DNA of 64,000 nucleotides from a virus (Duplodnaviria > Caudoviricetes): the IMG/VR virus record IMGVR_UViG_3300028832_000123, positions 15,508 through 79,507 of that record; one strand, 5' to 3'. The notes under the pieces were generated by a model. It did not search any database and was not told the origin of the DNA. It saw nothing but the letters and a program-made list of their open reading frames with translations. Positions 45,897 to 55,669 of this stretch are shown one piece after another; positions within the stretch are counted from its first letter, which is position 1; each line of letters starts with the position of its first letter. The position numbers and the translations under genes are program-made.

Positions 45897-47642
45897 TCAA
45901 CTCCTGAATCCGACTCCGTTGTCTTTCCGTGCCTTATTCGCACAACTGCGGGAGTCATAAATCTGATTGGCTTCGTGCTTCAGGAAACGCTTTCCGCATA
46001 CGGGGCAAATGCCATACCGTCCCTCACTGCTTCCTGTACCGCTCTTCTCCTCGCTTCCTGCCTGGGCTTCAATTCCTTCAGCGGACGCCGGATTAACGGT
46101 GTTGTTCTCGTTGAACGGCAGCCCTTCTGTCTGTGCGTTCATTTCCTTCAGCTCTTCAGCAAGCCTTTGCTGATACTCGTCATAAATGATGGCATCAGCT
46201 TCCGGATCCTTCGACAGGTGGCTATACTTGAATGCCTGAATTGCCGGCATACCCGCTGCACGAAGCACTTGGAAACTCTGATTCTTTACGAGCAGGTCCT
46301 CGTAACTCTGTCTCCAGAATCTCGGCTCAAGGTCGCTGATCTTCAGTCCTTCAAGCATGTCGTTCTGTCTGCACATCTTGAGAACGATCTTCAGGAACTC
46401 GGTCTCTGCCCGTTTCCACATCGCCTGTGTTTGCAACGCACGGGCTTCTGCATGCCACCAACCGTTCCGAAGAATCACGGCCCCGTTGTTACTGCTGTCT
46501 CCGGTATTGGCGCTCCCCTGGCTCGGCATACCAACAATCTCATACACAATCTGCTTCATTGCGCTTACGAGACTGTTCGTCTGGCTCTGATCGAGTTGCT
46601 CGTTCAGGTAATACAGTTTCTTACCACCATTGCTGTTGGTTGTAGGCGGGAGCTGAATAGCGCCGAGGTCCTTCAGAGCCAACAGCTGCTCACGGCTGAT
46701 ATCTACGCCGTCAAACACCATGAGGGCCTGAATGAATTGCTCAACACCGTCGAGCTGATTCGAGAACGTCAGGTTAATTGCGTCAAGCAATGTCAGCACA
46801 TACTCGAATGCACCAATCCGGTCCGGATTGCAGGGATACTCGACCAACGTTACCAGACCGAAGTTGTGTTTCTTCTCGTCGGTAATCTCCAGCCCTTCAC
46901 CATTTGCAGTTCCGGTAATAGTGTACGTGACGTCTTTTGTGTATACCGTGTACTCGACTTCACTTCTCGGCGGGTCTTTGAACACATAGGTAACGCCCAT
47001 TGCCGGACGCTTCTTGACGTCGTTAAATTTAACCAGGTAAGTGTTTTCAACGTCGGGCTTGCAGATCTCAAACGGGGCTTCATCGAGGAACTCGTCCCAG
47101 TCAGGATCGTCGCTGTTTGAATAGGTAAGGCGATAAGTGACACCGCAGGTAAACATGTCGTGAGCCATCTCAAGGTCAAGCGCCTGTTTACCCTCGGAAA
47201 TCATCATGTCATTTACGGAAGCGACCTTTTCGGTGATCTCCTTCACAAGCTCGCCGTTCTCGTCCTCTTCCTTCTTTCGCACGTCCTTATTGCCACGCCG
47301 GCTGACGTACTGGATCGGTTCTCCTGCGAACTCCGCTTCCTTAAACGCCGTAATCTCGCTCGCAATGTTCACGATGATCTTGTTGTTGATATCGGCGTTA
47401 TTAACCTTGGTACGGTTGATAACAGGCTGAATGCCTTTCTCGTAATTTTGAAGAAAAACGATTTCAGCTCTATTCTTCTGATGTATGCTCAACGTCTTCT
47501 GAAGTACGTCAATCACATTGTCACGGGTGATCTCCGTTTCTCCGGTATAAATGGGACGACGGCCGTGGAGTTTTCTGGAGAAATCGATATTGCAGTTACC
47601 GTCTGGGATGCATGAGTCCGCAACCTTTTCCCGTTCGGTCAT
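45897..47642 (-). CDS. portal protein (SPP1-like) with C-terminal extension
   Basis: NNKII.N....T.F..G.P.QY; LIDAINL..S...D; synteny. Confidence 0.9.
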   Translation of the reverse strand: MTEREKVADSCIPDGNCNIDFSRKLHGRRPIYTGETEITRDNVIDVLQKTLSIHQKNRAEIVFLQNYEKGIQPVINRTKVNNADINNKIIVNIASEITAFKEAEFAGEPIQYVSRRGNKDVRKKEEDENGELVKEITEKVASVNDMMISEGKQALDLEMAHDMFTCGVTYRLTYSNSDDPDWDEFLDEAPFEICKPDVENTYLVKFNDVKKRPAMGVTYVFKDPPRSEVEYTVYTKDVTYTITGTANGEGLEITDEKKHNFGLVTLVEYPCNPDRIGAFEYVLTLLDAINLTFSNQLDGVEQFIQALMVFDGVDISREQLLALKDLGAIQLPPTTNSNGGKKLYYLNEQLDQSQTNSLVSAMKQIVYEIVGMPSQGSANTGDSSNNGAVILRNGWWHAEARALQTQAMWKRAETEFLKIVLKMCRQNDMLEGLKISDLEPRFWRQSYEDLLVKNQSFQVLRAAGMPAIQAFKYSHLSKDPEADAIIYDEYQQRLAEELKEMNAQTEGLPFNENNTVNPASAEGIEAQAGSEEKSGTGSSEGRYGICPVCGKRFLKHEANQIYDSRSCANKARKDNGVGFRS

Positions 47643-47782
47643 ACCGTTCCTCCTCCCGTTGATGCTAAAAAAGGCACCGAACAACAATTTCTCGCTGTTC
47701 AGCGCCTTTTTGCAAAATTCTAAGATCCTAACTCCCCGTACATTGGTCGCTGATAAACCACATACGTAGTCCGGATAACTGA

Positions 47783-47811
47783 ATTATAACTACATATTGT
47801 GGTAATGTCAA
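47783..47811 (-). promoter_or_regulatory. consensus sigma-A promoter upstream of portal
   Basis: TTGACA-17-TATAAT. Confidence 0.75.
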
Positions 47812-47866
47812 TACTTTATGCACAATAAAAATACAGTACACAATTAAAAACACGAACGTTCGGATT

Positions 47867-48571
47867 TTACAATTTACAAAAGCGTTCATTGCGTTTCCAT
47901 TTTCTTGTCTCGTTAATCGGAACGCTTAATGCTTTATCTACGGGCCATGACATATATTTAATTCTTGCAAACACTTGTTTATACGGCATCCCGGCAAGCT
48001 CGCAAGCTTCAGCCAAAGACATATCCCGCCCATTATATGTCACGTGAAATGTCGTTCCACGGTTACGTGCCTGTTTAGGCTTACTTATCCATTTGCAATT
48101 TTCGGGACAGTAATCACCGTCATTGTCAATGCGTTCAATAGTCAGGCTATCATTATACCCATTTTCTTTTGCCCATTTTGCGAACACCGTGTAATCATGC
48201 CATTCATCGCAAACCTTAATTTCTCTGCCGGCATATCGACGATTGCGCACATCATCTTTTTTGCTCGGATCACATCTTATGCACATATGACTCCATATCG
48301 TGAACAACCGTGTTCCGGATTCTCCATGTTTCAATGCATTCTGATGATCACGGGAAAAGCATCCGCACGAGGACGTATGTCCGTTCCATACGTATTCACC
48401 CCTGTACCAGCGGACATCACCGCATTCACATTTACATTCCCACATCCATCTTAAATACTTCCCATTCTGCCTACGCTCAATAGCAAGAACAATAAGCCTT
48501 CCAAACTTCTGTCCGATAAAATTCAGATTGTTATACTTCGCATTCCACGCAACAGCACCTTTATTATGCAT
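47867..48571 (-). CDS. HNH homing endonuclease
   Basis: GQKFGRL...WECKCECG...SSCGC; LTIERIDNDGDYCPENCKW. Confidence 0.88.
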   Translation of the reverse strand: MHNKGAVAWNAKYNNLNFIGQKFGRLIVLAIERRQNGKYLRWMWECKCECGDVRWYRGEYVWNGHTSSCGCFSRDHQNALKHGESGTRLFTIWSHMCIRCDPSKKDDVRNRRYAGREIKVCDEWHDYTVFAKWAKENGYNDSLTIERIDNDGDYCPENCKWISKPKQARNRGTTFHVTYNGRDMSLAEACELAGMPYKQVFARIKYMSWPVDKALSVPINETRKWKRNERFCKL

Positions 48572-48587
48572 GACTGTACATCCTTTC

Positions 48588-50240
48588 TCATATTCCCAGC
48601 GAACGCCTGTCGATAATTTTCGGAACCATGCTCCCTATGTTTTCAAGATAAAGTGCGCTCATTGCAAGCACGTCACAAACGTCATCGTGTGGATTGCGTC
48701 CTACCATCGTATAGCTCGTAAGCATGTTCATAGCCTTTCCGTAGTCGCTGTTCGGTTTATAAAGCGATGCGTCCAGGAACAGGAAGCGTTGCTTGACAGT
48801 AGACGAATTAACTACGATCTTTGTCTCCTTATTTGCTGTCGTAGGTGTTGTTGTGATCTTCGTGTTCCCGCCAAGCTCACGGACTCTCTTCTGTACTTTT
48901 TCTGCGATATGCCAGCCAGCGCTATTGCTTTCAAACTGAGCGCTTGCAACGTGATGCTTCACCAGAATTTGTGCAAGGCGCTCCTCGACAATTTCAGGAT
49001 TGCCGTTGTCGCAGATAAAGTCAGCAACATATGCGTCATTGCCAGAGAGGTACAGAATAGGCATTGCACAATAGTCGGATCCCTTTGCTTTCGTATCACA
49101 GATAGCGACAATACCGTCAACTTTATCAGGCAACTCAAAGAACCGTCTCAGTTCGTCCGGACTGTACAGTTGTCCTTCACGCTCTATCGGCTCATTCATG
49201 TACAGGGCCTTCCAGTTGATCGGATCCATATTGTCACGTTGCTTGTGATACCGTTCAGTCGTGAACTTATCATGAATAACAGGGTAATCAAAATTGCTTT
49301 CGTCGTTCTCGTTCAGGGCCGGTATGCGAATAAACTTTGACTTTCCCGTCGGGAAGTCTTGCTCCTGACGCTCGATCCTGCCTATAACGTCCCTGACTGA
49401 CCAGCGGGTAGCAATGTGTAGTTCTTTACACTCGCCAGTCTTACGTTGCTGGATATCTGTATTGTACTGTGTCCACAATTTGTCAAGACGCTCGTTTGAC
49501 ATTGCCTGTTCGATAGATTCGCACAAGTCATCACAGAACAACAGCTGTGCAGCACGTAGCTTACCAGCATTGCCAGCACCAACGGACGAGAACTGGAATG
49601 TTTCAAAGCGCTTTCTGCTGTTCAGATCAATGCGCAGGTCCTTTGCGTTTGTACTGACAAGCTTCACGTCCGGGAACACGTCTTTCCACAGGTATTCACC
49701 TTCCGGATCTATGATTCTCAGGATTTCATCATAGAAACCACGAACAATCCCAGTGTCGTGAGAGAATGACAGGATCGGGCTGTCCGGATTCAACCCGCCA
49801 AGCCACGTAAGGTAAAAAATTGCAAGCGTACTTTTGCCAGTTCCTGGCGGAAGACTGATGGTCAACAGCTCGATATCTCCGTTGTGAAGACTCACGAGGT
49901 CATTAACAATCGGATGAAGCGTCTTCCTTCGGTACAGGTAGAATTGCTTTTCCGGAGAACGGTCTGCTTCCACGTATAACATGAAAGCGTCGAAATCAAC
50001 TTTTGCGTCAAGTAACAGACTTTTCCGATACACTTCTGTGAACCGTTCTACCGCCCGAAAATCATGCGCATTGCGTCTCATTGCTTGTCCAATGAGCTTA
50101 CGCATATCTTTGTTCTCGGAATGCATCTCGACGTGCCCGTGCTGTATCTCGTCATAAAAGATAGCCAGACCGTCCCTGTAGACACGAGGATCATCCGGAT
50201 ACTTTTCTATGCTTCGCCTGATCAATTCGAGTTCTGTCAT
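48588..50240 (-). CDS. terL: terminase large subunit
   Basis: ISLPPGTGKS Walker A, FCDD Walker B, TRW, CDT nuclease Asp, HDDVCD. Confidence 0.92.
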   Translation of the reverse strand: MTELELIRRSIEKYPDDPRVYRDGLAIFYDEIQHGHVEMHSENKDMRKLIGQAMRRNAHDFRAVERFTEVYRKSLLLDAKVDFDAFMLYVEADRSPEKQFYLYRRKTLHPIVNDLVSLHNGDIELLTISLPPGTGKSTLAIFYLTWLGGLNPDSPILSFSHDTGIVRGFYDEILRIIDPEGEYLWKDVFPDVKLVSTNAKDLRIDLNSRKRFETFQFSSVGAGNAGKLRAAQLLFCDDLCESIEQAMSNERLDKLWTQYNTDIQQRKTGECKELHIATRWSVRDVIGRIERQEQDFPTGKSKFIRIPALNENDESNFDYPVIHDKFTTERYHKQRDNMDPINWKALYMNEPIEREGQLYSPDELRRFFELPDKVDGIVAICDTKAKGSDYCAMPILYLSGNDAYVADFICDNGNPEIVEERLAQILVKHHVASAQFESNSAGWHIAEKVQKRVRELGGNTKITTTPTTANKETKIVVNSSTVKQRFLFLDASLYKPNSDYGKAMNMLTSYTMVGRNPHDDVCDVLAMSALYLENIGSMVPKIIDRRSLGI

Positions 50241-50252
50241 ATCATCACTTCC

Positions 50253-50618
50253 TTAATCGTATAAGCCTTTGATCAGCTCGGTCTCCGCCTTGTCACACGC
50301 AGTCTCAATCTTGTGAACCTGCATAGCGAACCAGTCCACAATCATTTCGTCCTGCCCCTGATCGTGTGACCAATTTTCCGCAAGGCCACTTTCGTACATG
50401 AATGCGTGGATAATCTCATGCCGTAGTACCTTCATCAGGTAACTCATCGGATATTTCATATTGCTTTCATTTCGCCGGTCGCCGATCACCATCTGCAACG
50501 CTGAAAAGTCTGTAAACCCGTCACAGTCATTAAGCCGTTCGTCCTCGCTCGGATTAATAACAAGCACCTGCCATGTACGCCCAAGAATGTCTACTTTGAA
50601 ATCCATACCTTCCTCCAA
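50253..50618 (-). CDS. small HExxH metallopeptidase-like protein
   Basis: LRHEIIHAFMYESGL...EMIVDW. Confidence 0.7.
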   Translation of the reverse strand: MEEGMDFKVDILGRTWQVLVINPSEDERLNDCDGFTDFSALQMVIGDRRNESNMKYPMSYLMKVLRHEIIHAFMYESGLAENWSHDQGQDEMIVDWFAMQVHKIETACDKAETELIKGLYD

Positions 50619-50693
50619 TAAAAAACGGGAACAAGCCCGTATAGGCTCGCTCCCGTAGTAGTACGGCTGATATTGTTCAGTTCAGACCATGCA

Positions 50694-51149
50694 TTACAGC
50701 ATGTCTTCTGTTTCGTCATGCCACGTTACGCCGAAGTTCTCCTCGCAGTATTCCAGAAATCTCCAGTCGGAAATCTTTCCATACGCATCTCCGTCCTCGT
50801 CCGGCTGGCATACAAAATCAGAAAACTTCTTCTGTTTCATTTCTTCTGTATCGACCCACTCGTTCTTTTCCTTGTCGTATTCCCTGAGAAGAACTTTGTA
50901 TGTGTATTCCTTATCAGTAAGCAGGTCCGGGCAGTTTGCTTCTACCCATTCCCTTGGCGCTGCGATACAGAAGCAGACCGACATATCAATCATCCCGGCT
51001 TTGACACAAAGCTTGTTTTCTTTGCACCAGTCTTTGTTACTGAACCGCAGTCTCAGATCGTTTCCCATCCAGGTCTTAAACGGCTCTGCATTCGGATAGT
51101 CCCGTCCGCAGAACCAATTGTCCAATTCAAAGTATATCACATCTGACAT
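50694..51149 (-). CDS. hypothetical phage protein
   Basis: RBS AAGGAG. Confidence 0.7.
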   Translation of the reverse strand: MSDVIYFELDNWFCGRDYPNAEPFKTWMGNDLRLRFSNKDWCKENKLCVKAGMIDMSVCFCIAAPREWVEANCPDLLTDKEYTYKVLLREYDKEKNEWVDTEEMKQKKFSDFVCQPDEDGDAYGKISDWRFLEYCEENFGVTWHDETEDML

Positions 51150-51161
51150 AATGTTTTCTCC

Positions 51162-51371
51162 TTATACTCCATACACTCTCGGCAGGCTTTCGTAGATTTC
51201 ATTCGGATCTTCCCCAGGATAGATCATAATGTTATGCCAGCCGTTCCATTTTATGAACCATGTGAGCTTAACAACACAGTTGTTTTCATTTGCTTTCTTC
51301 ACACATGTTTCAATATCTACAAGCGTAGGTTTCCGGTCACTTTGGAGAGCAAATTCTTTTACTTCAAACAT
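51162..51371 (-). CDS. hypothetical phage protein
   Basis: RBS GGAGG. Confidence 0.65.
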   Translation of the reverse strand: MFEVKEFALQSDRKPTLVDIETCVKKANENNCVVKLTWFIKWNGWHNIMIYPGEDPNEIYESLPRVYGV

Positions 51372-51423
51372 GTTGACCTCCTAATAATTTAAGTCCCAAT
51401 ATAAAGCGTGTAGTTTTCGATCT

Positions 51424-51807
51424 CTAAATCTTCTTCATGCAACGGAAGACGTTCACCTGCGTAATTGGCAGCATAAATGTACAGATTGACGGTTTCAATA
51501 TGTCGAGTGTAAAATGTAATCCCTCTTGATAACCAAGCTGATAATTATAAGCAACAATCTCTGAATCATACCCACAATCCGGTTCGTATGCAGGATTGAG
51601 TTCTATTTCTTCCTCAATCCGTTTCACCACATCGGCTTTTTCCTGCTTCAGCCTATCGTTTTCGGCTTTCAGTTCACGGATGACGGAAAGCGAATCATTC
51701 AACACAGGCTGAAATCTGTCCCGTTGTCTGTCTATGTCATCCCATGATGCACGGAAAATCATTTCTTGTATGCCACCGACAACCTTATCAATCCGTTCCG
51801 CTTCCAT
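51424..51807 (-). CDS. hypothetical phage protein
   Basis: RBS GGAGG; coiled segment shared with 51964-52362. Confidence 0.6.
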   Translation of the reverse strand: MEAERIDKVVGGIQEMIFRASWDDIDRQRDRFQPVLNDSLSVIRELKAENDRLKQEKADVVKRIEEEIELNPAYEPDCGYDSEIVAYNYQLGYQEGLHFTLDILKPSICTFMLPITQVNVFRCMKKI

Positions 51808-51963
51808 CGTCCGTTACCTCCCATTCGATGCGATTTTTCACACAGCTTTCGCATCCGTCTTTGTCACATCCATAAATGTCAACTGCCCCAAACGGGCAAT
51901 AATCGCTAACGCCTAATGAGATTATGATTCTTTCTTTTTCTTTGGCTTTGCAAATGATTTTCA

Positions 51964-52362
51964 TCACGCTTCACCTTCCTTCGGCGGTTCGGGATAATAT
52001 TGCCAATGTGTAACAATACCATCCATTACCTGCGGTCCATGATAAAAATGCCCGTTTCCAAATTTATATGCCCTTATATCTGTACGCTTTGGATACCCGC
52101 CAAAGTCACAGAAACAGAGAACATGTTGGAAATCATGTGTCAGCGGGTTTTCTTTTTCTTTCGGCAGTTCAGCACTTACAGGGATCCATATATGTTGTTT
52201 TGCCTGGAGTTCGCGGATGACGGACAAGGAATCAGAGCAAAGCTTTTCTCTACATTCCAACGTACTGCGATACGGGCACGGATCATTGCAGTTTTTTACA
52301 TACGGATCTTTGCAACATTCCAATCCTTTACACACCATTTCATCCTTGTTTACATTGATCAT
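51964..52362 (-). CDS. DUF551-like phage protein (paralog of 9413-9796)
   Basis: WIPVSAELP...VTHWQYYPEPP. Confidence 0.8.
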   Translation of the reverse strand: MINVNKDEMVCKGLECCKDPYVKNCNDPCPYRSTLECREKLCSDSLSVIRELQAKQHIWIPVSAELPKEKENPLTHDFQHVLCFCDFGGYPKRTDIRAYKFGNGHFYHGPQVMDGIVTHWQYYPEPPKEGEA

Positions 52363-52509
52363 TATCTATCACCTCCCATTCGCACTTTGATCCATAATAT
52401 TGCTCTGCAATTTCATTCGCTTTTTCTTCCGCTTGTGAGATATCATCTATTTCAGCATCTACATCAATTTCATCATCAACGGCAACTTGTATATATACTC
52501 TGATCTTTA

Positions 52510-52977
52510 TCATGATTCTCCTTCCTTTTCGCCGCCCCATGTCCAGGTTTGAATCTTCCCAGTATATTCTTCCTCAACAGAAACGACAGCCTGTCTTACA
52601 AAGAAACGCTGACCGTCAAGAGCTTCATCAGACAGCTTCTTCTCAAACCATTTCAGGACATCGTCACCGGTGTCCACATCACGAAGGTCACCGAAGATGC
52701 TGACAGTATACGCAGCCAGGCAGCTCTTGTCAGGATTCTCCCACACCTGCATAGAACAGGTGCCTTCAGATCCGCCCGGAAGCCATTCGTCCGGATGATC
52801 ATATGAATCCTCAACAGCCTTGCCATAAGCGGCTAAGGATTCATCATTTTCCCAGTCACACGGATAATCGTCCGTGCTCTTTCCAAAGTACGCTTTGATG
52901 TCATCCACGAATGATTCGCCATTAATCCTCAGCGCATCAAGTCTTACAACAGCAGCAACATGTACCCAGTGGCTCAT
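52510..52977 (-). CDS. hypothetical phage protein
   Basis: MSHWVHVAA...GSEG...VSIFGDLRD. Confidence 0.7.
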   Translation of the reverse strand: MSHWVHVAAVVRLDALRINGESFVDDIKAYFGKSTDDYPCDWENDESLAAYGKAVEDSYDHPDEWLPGGSEGTCSMQVWENPDKSCLAAYTVSIFGDLRDVDTGDDVLKWFEKKLSDEALDGQRFFVRQAVVSVEEEYTGKIQTWTWGGEKEGES

Positions 52978-52991
52978 TTTAACCTTCTCCT

Positions 52992-53303
52992 TTACATCAG
53001 AAAGTCTTCTATTTTCAGCTGGCCTTCCAGCTGTTCTTCTTCTTTGGTCCTGTCATGCTTCAATCTGTCTATGACTCGCTTATCACCATCCGGAAACGGC
53101 TTATTGATAAGTCCACATGCAGTATAACTTTTCCGCCAGTCAGTAGCTTCGCTATGGGAACAGCCGTACACCTTGCACTTATAATACCGCTTCCCATGGT
53201 ATTCCCCATAAACAATGTGATCGCATTCAATGCACACACGCTTATGGGGATCCATTCCGTAAAAGCGGTACATGGCTTTAATCTTCCTGATCAGTTTCGC
53301 CAT
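52992..53303 (-). CDS. hypothetical Cys-rich phage protein
   Basis: C.EC.H...YYKC.VYG...ATDW...CG. Confidence 0.7.
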   Translation of the reverse strand: MAKLIRKIKAMYRFYGMDPHKRVCIECDHIVYGEYHGKRYYKCKVYGCSHSEATDWRKSYTACGLINKPFPDGDKRVIDRLKHDRTKEEEQLEGQLKIEDFLM

Positions 53304-53304
53304 T

Positions 53305-54516
53305 TCACTCTTCCCCTGCCTTGAAGTTATACACAGGCTTCATGATATGCGACACAGTCACGGTCGGCTCAATCAGCTTGATAATCTCCCTCGCCGGTTT
53401 ATATGCCATCGGACTTTCATCCACTGTGTCCATCCCAACTGAAGTGGTGTAGATTCCCTCCATAGACCGCTTATATTCCTCAAGCGAAACCTCCTGTTTC
53501 GCCTGCGCCCTGGACATGATCCGTCCGGCACCGTGCGGAGCGGAGCAGTTCCAGTCCTCATTACCCTTACCTACGCCGATAATGCATCCGTCACGCATGT
53601 TCATCGGGATCAGCACACGCTCGCCGGCTTTCGCTGAGATCGCACCTTTCCGGATGATGTTATCCTCGTCAATGTAGTTATGGACCGTTTCAAATCCCCA
53701 GTCCCTGGCATGAAACACATACGTCCATCCCATCCGTACACATATCTCCATTGCAATCTCGTACCGGTTCCAGTGCGCCCAGAGCTGGCAGAACCGCATG
53801 TCGTTAAGGTAACGCTCCCTGCTCTTTCCTTCGAGATAACACAGTTCAGCAGGAATGCCGAGGTTTCCTACAGACGTATAAGACTCTTTCAGTAACTTAA
53901 GCGCCTTACCGATCTCACGCTCACGTCCCGAATCCTTAAGACGCTTAATCAGTTCTTCCCTGCGTTCTTTATACTCGTTCTCTTTTATGCACGAGCTTAC
54001 CGCAATGTGCTGCCAGTACTCAGCCACCTGCTTTCCGAGGTTCCGGCTTCCGGTATGAATGATCAGGCACTTTCCGCCTTCCTCGTCCTGATCAATCTCA
54101 ATAAAATGATTTCCCCCGCCAAGAGTGCATATACTTCTCTCAATCCGGTCGAGATTTTTCAGGCAGTCATAGCAGTGCAGCAGGGTATAGTCAAACCTGT
54201 GACCGCCAAACCGGTCGCTGTGTACGTTCATTCCGCTCGGGATGTTCTCCCTGATCACTTCATCGAGCTTGTCGTAGTCGATGCCAATCTTCCCGAGCGG
54301 TACCGTCAGCATCCCGCAGCCAATGTCCACGCCGACCACGTTCGGGATCACATAATCGCCCAGGTTCGCAGTAAACCCGATAACGCACCCGGCACCGGCA
54401 TGTACGTCCGGCATGATACGCACCTTGCAGTCCTTGAACACCGGTACCGACAGCAGTGCGTCGATCTGTTCACGGGCCTTATCCTCTATATTGTCGGTGA
54501 ATATCTTTAAGTCCAT
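53305..54516 (-). CDS. rtcB: RtcB family RNA ligase
   Basis: MPDVHAG.GCVIG, VGVDIGCGM, LGGGNHF, IHTGSRNLG, HNY, SAPHGAGR, DESP.AYK. Confidence 0.95.
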   Translation of the reverse strand: MDLKIFTDNIEDKAREQIDALLSVPVFKDCKVRIMPDVHAGAGCVIGFTANLGDYVIPNVVGVDIGCGMLTVPLGKIGIDYDKLDEVIRENIPSGMNVHSDRFGGHRFDYTLLHCYDCLKNLDRIERSICTLGGGNHFIEIDQDEEGGKCLIIHTGSRNLGKQVAEYWQHIAVSSCIKENEYKERREELIKRLKDSGREREIGKALKLLKESYTSVGNLGIPAELCYLEGKSRERYLNDMRFCQLWAHWNRYEIAMEICVRMGWTYVFHARDWGFETVHNYIDEDNIIRKGAISAKAGERVLIPMNMRDGCIIGVGKGNEDWNCSAPHGAGRIMSRAQAKQEVSLEEYKRSMEGIYTTSVGMDTVDESPMAYKPAREIIKLIEPTVTVSHIMKPVYNFKAGEE

Positions 54517-54737
54517 ACTTTTCACTCTCCAATGCATTTGTTGATTGCTTTAACCAGTGCTTTCCCGTCAACGGTAAACGCATAATCACCATGGTTGGTT
54601 TTAAAAACAACTATCTCAAACAGGCGTGTTTCTTACAACAACGGCTTCACTTAATGAGTCATATTTATGAACAGTACACTGAATATCCATTATTTGTCCC
54701 CTTTCATCATAATTACGTACTGCGCTCTGAATTTCCA

Positions 54738-55058
54738 TTATTCGTTCTCCTTAAAGTATCCTTCAAACGGGAATTTTGCCGGCATTACAATCCTGTTAAA
54801 ATACGTACCGCATTTCTTACATGAACATGGAACAACTTTTTCAGAATAAAAATGATCTTCTTTTATCACGTTTATCGTTTCGTCAATGGCATGCCCGCAT
54901 TTCCCGCAGACCGGCATAAACAGAATAGAGTGATCGTACTGTCTCTTCATTTCTTCATTGATCTTTTCATCCGCTATACCAAGGTACACGCTGGCTGCTT
55001 CAACAAACCACTCAGGCGCAGTTCCCCACCGAAGCTTGTCAAGAATCTCGTTGCTCAT
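54738..55058 (-). CDS. zinc-ribbon hypothetical protein
   Basis: CGKC...CKKCG. Confidence 0.6.
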   Translation of the reverse strand: MSNEILDKLRWGTAPEWFVEAASVYLGIADEKINEEMKRQYDHSILFMPVCGKCGHAIDETINVIKEDHFYSEKVVPCSCKKCGTYFNRIVMPAKFPFEGYFKENE

Positions 55059-55059
55059 G

Positions 55060-55245
55060 TCAGTCTCCTCCGTAATAAATACCGTTGTCAAAATCGGACA
55101 CAAAGTAACTGTTCATTTCGTCCCAGCACCACCGGCAAAAGCACCTTTTGCCACAAACACCTTCAACCAATACGATGTCACGCTTTTCATACATTTCTCC
55201 GCATTCTTCGCACTCGATCAGAACTTTTTTATGCATTATTTCCAC
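55060..55245 (-). CDS. small Cys-rich protein
   Basis: CEEC...FC.WC. Confidence 0.55.
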   Translation of the reverse strand: MEIMHKKVLIECEECGEMYEKRDIVLVEGVCGKRCFCRWCWDEMNSYFVSDFDNGIYYGGD

Positions 55246-55277
55246 TCCTTATTGTAATATTCAGCTTCAAAAAAATA

Positions 55278-55478
55278 TCAAATCTTATCCCAGTCAAGTT
55301 CGCATCCGCAGACGTCACACTTCTCAATGGCGAAAATAAACGTGTCTTTCGTAACCGGAGCATACGTCCCTACTATCGTTTTACACACAGGGCAGAACCA
55401 TATTCCGCTGAAGCCTTCACGCTTTACAGGTGCTCTTGCCGTAACGCTATGGTTTATTGCTTCTTGCAACCCATTCAC
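55278..55478 (-). CDS. small zinc-ribbon protein
   Basis: CPVC...CDVCG..LDW. Confidence 0.6.
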   Translation of the reverse strand: MNGLQEAINHSVTARAPVKREGFSGIWFCPVCKTIVGTYAPVTKDTFIFAIEKCDVCGCELDWDKI

Positions 55479-55669
55479 CGCTCCGGACCTCCGTCCTTCC
55501 AGTAATCCCGGAAATTGTTGTATGCCCTGGCGTTACCTCTGCCGGCGCTCGATAACGCAAGCAACAGTACAATAATTACCACTCCGACAGCCACACTGCC
55601 AAACTCGCCATTGCTTCCGGCGCTGTACATGGCAATCAGAAATATCCCGATCAGGATCGCAGTAAACAT
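55475..55669 (-). CDS. small two-TM protein
   Basis: hydrophobic segments. Confidence 0.55.
   Translation of the reverse strand: MFTAILIGIFLIAMYSAGSNGEFGSVAVGVVIIVLLLALSSAGRGNARAYNNFRDYWKDGGPER

Noticed and set aside
50253-50618. Small terminase assignment for the gene upstream of terL
   Set aside because: It has an HExxH peptidase-like motif and no HTH or coiled-coil TerS features
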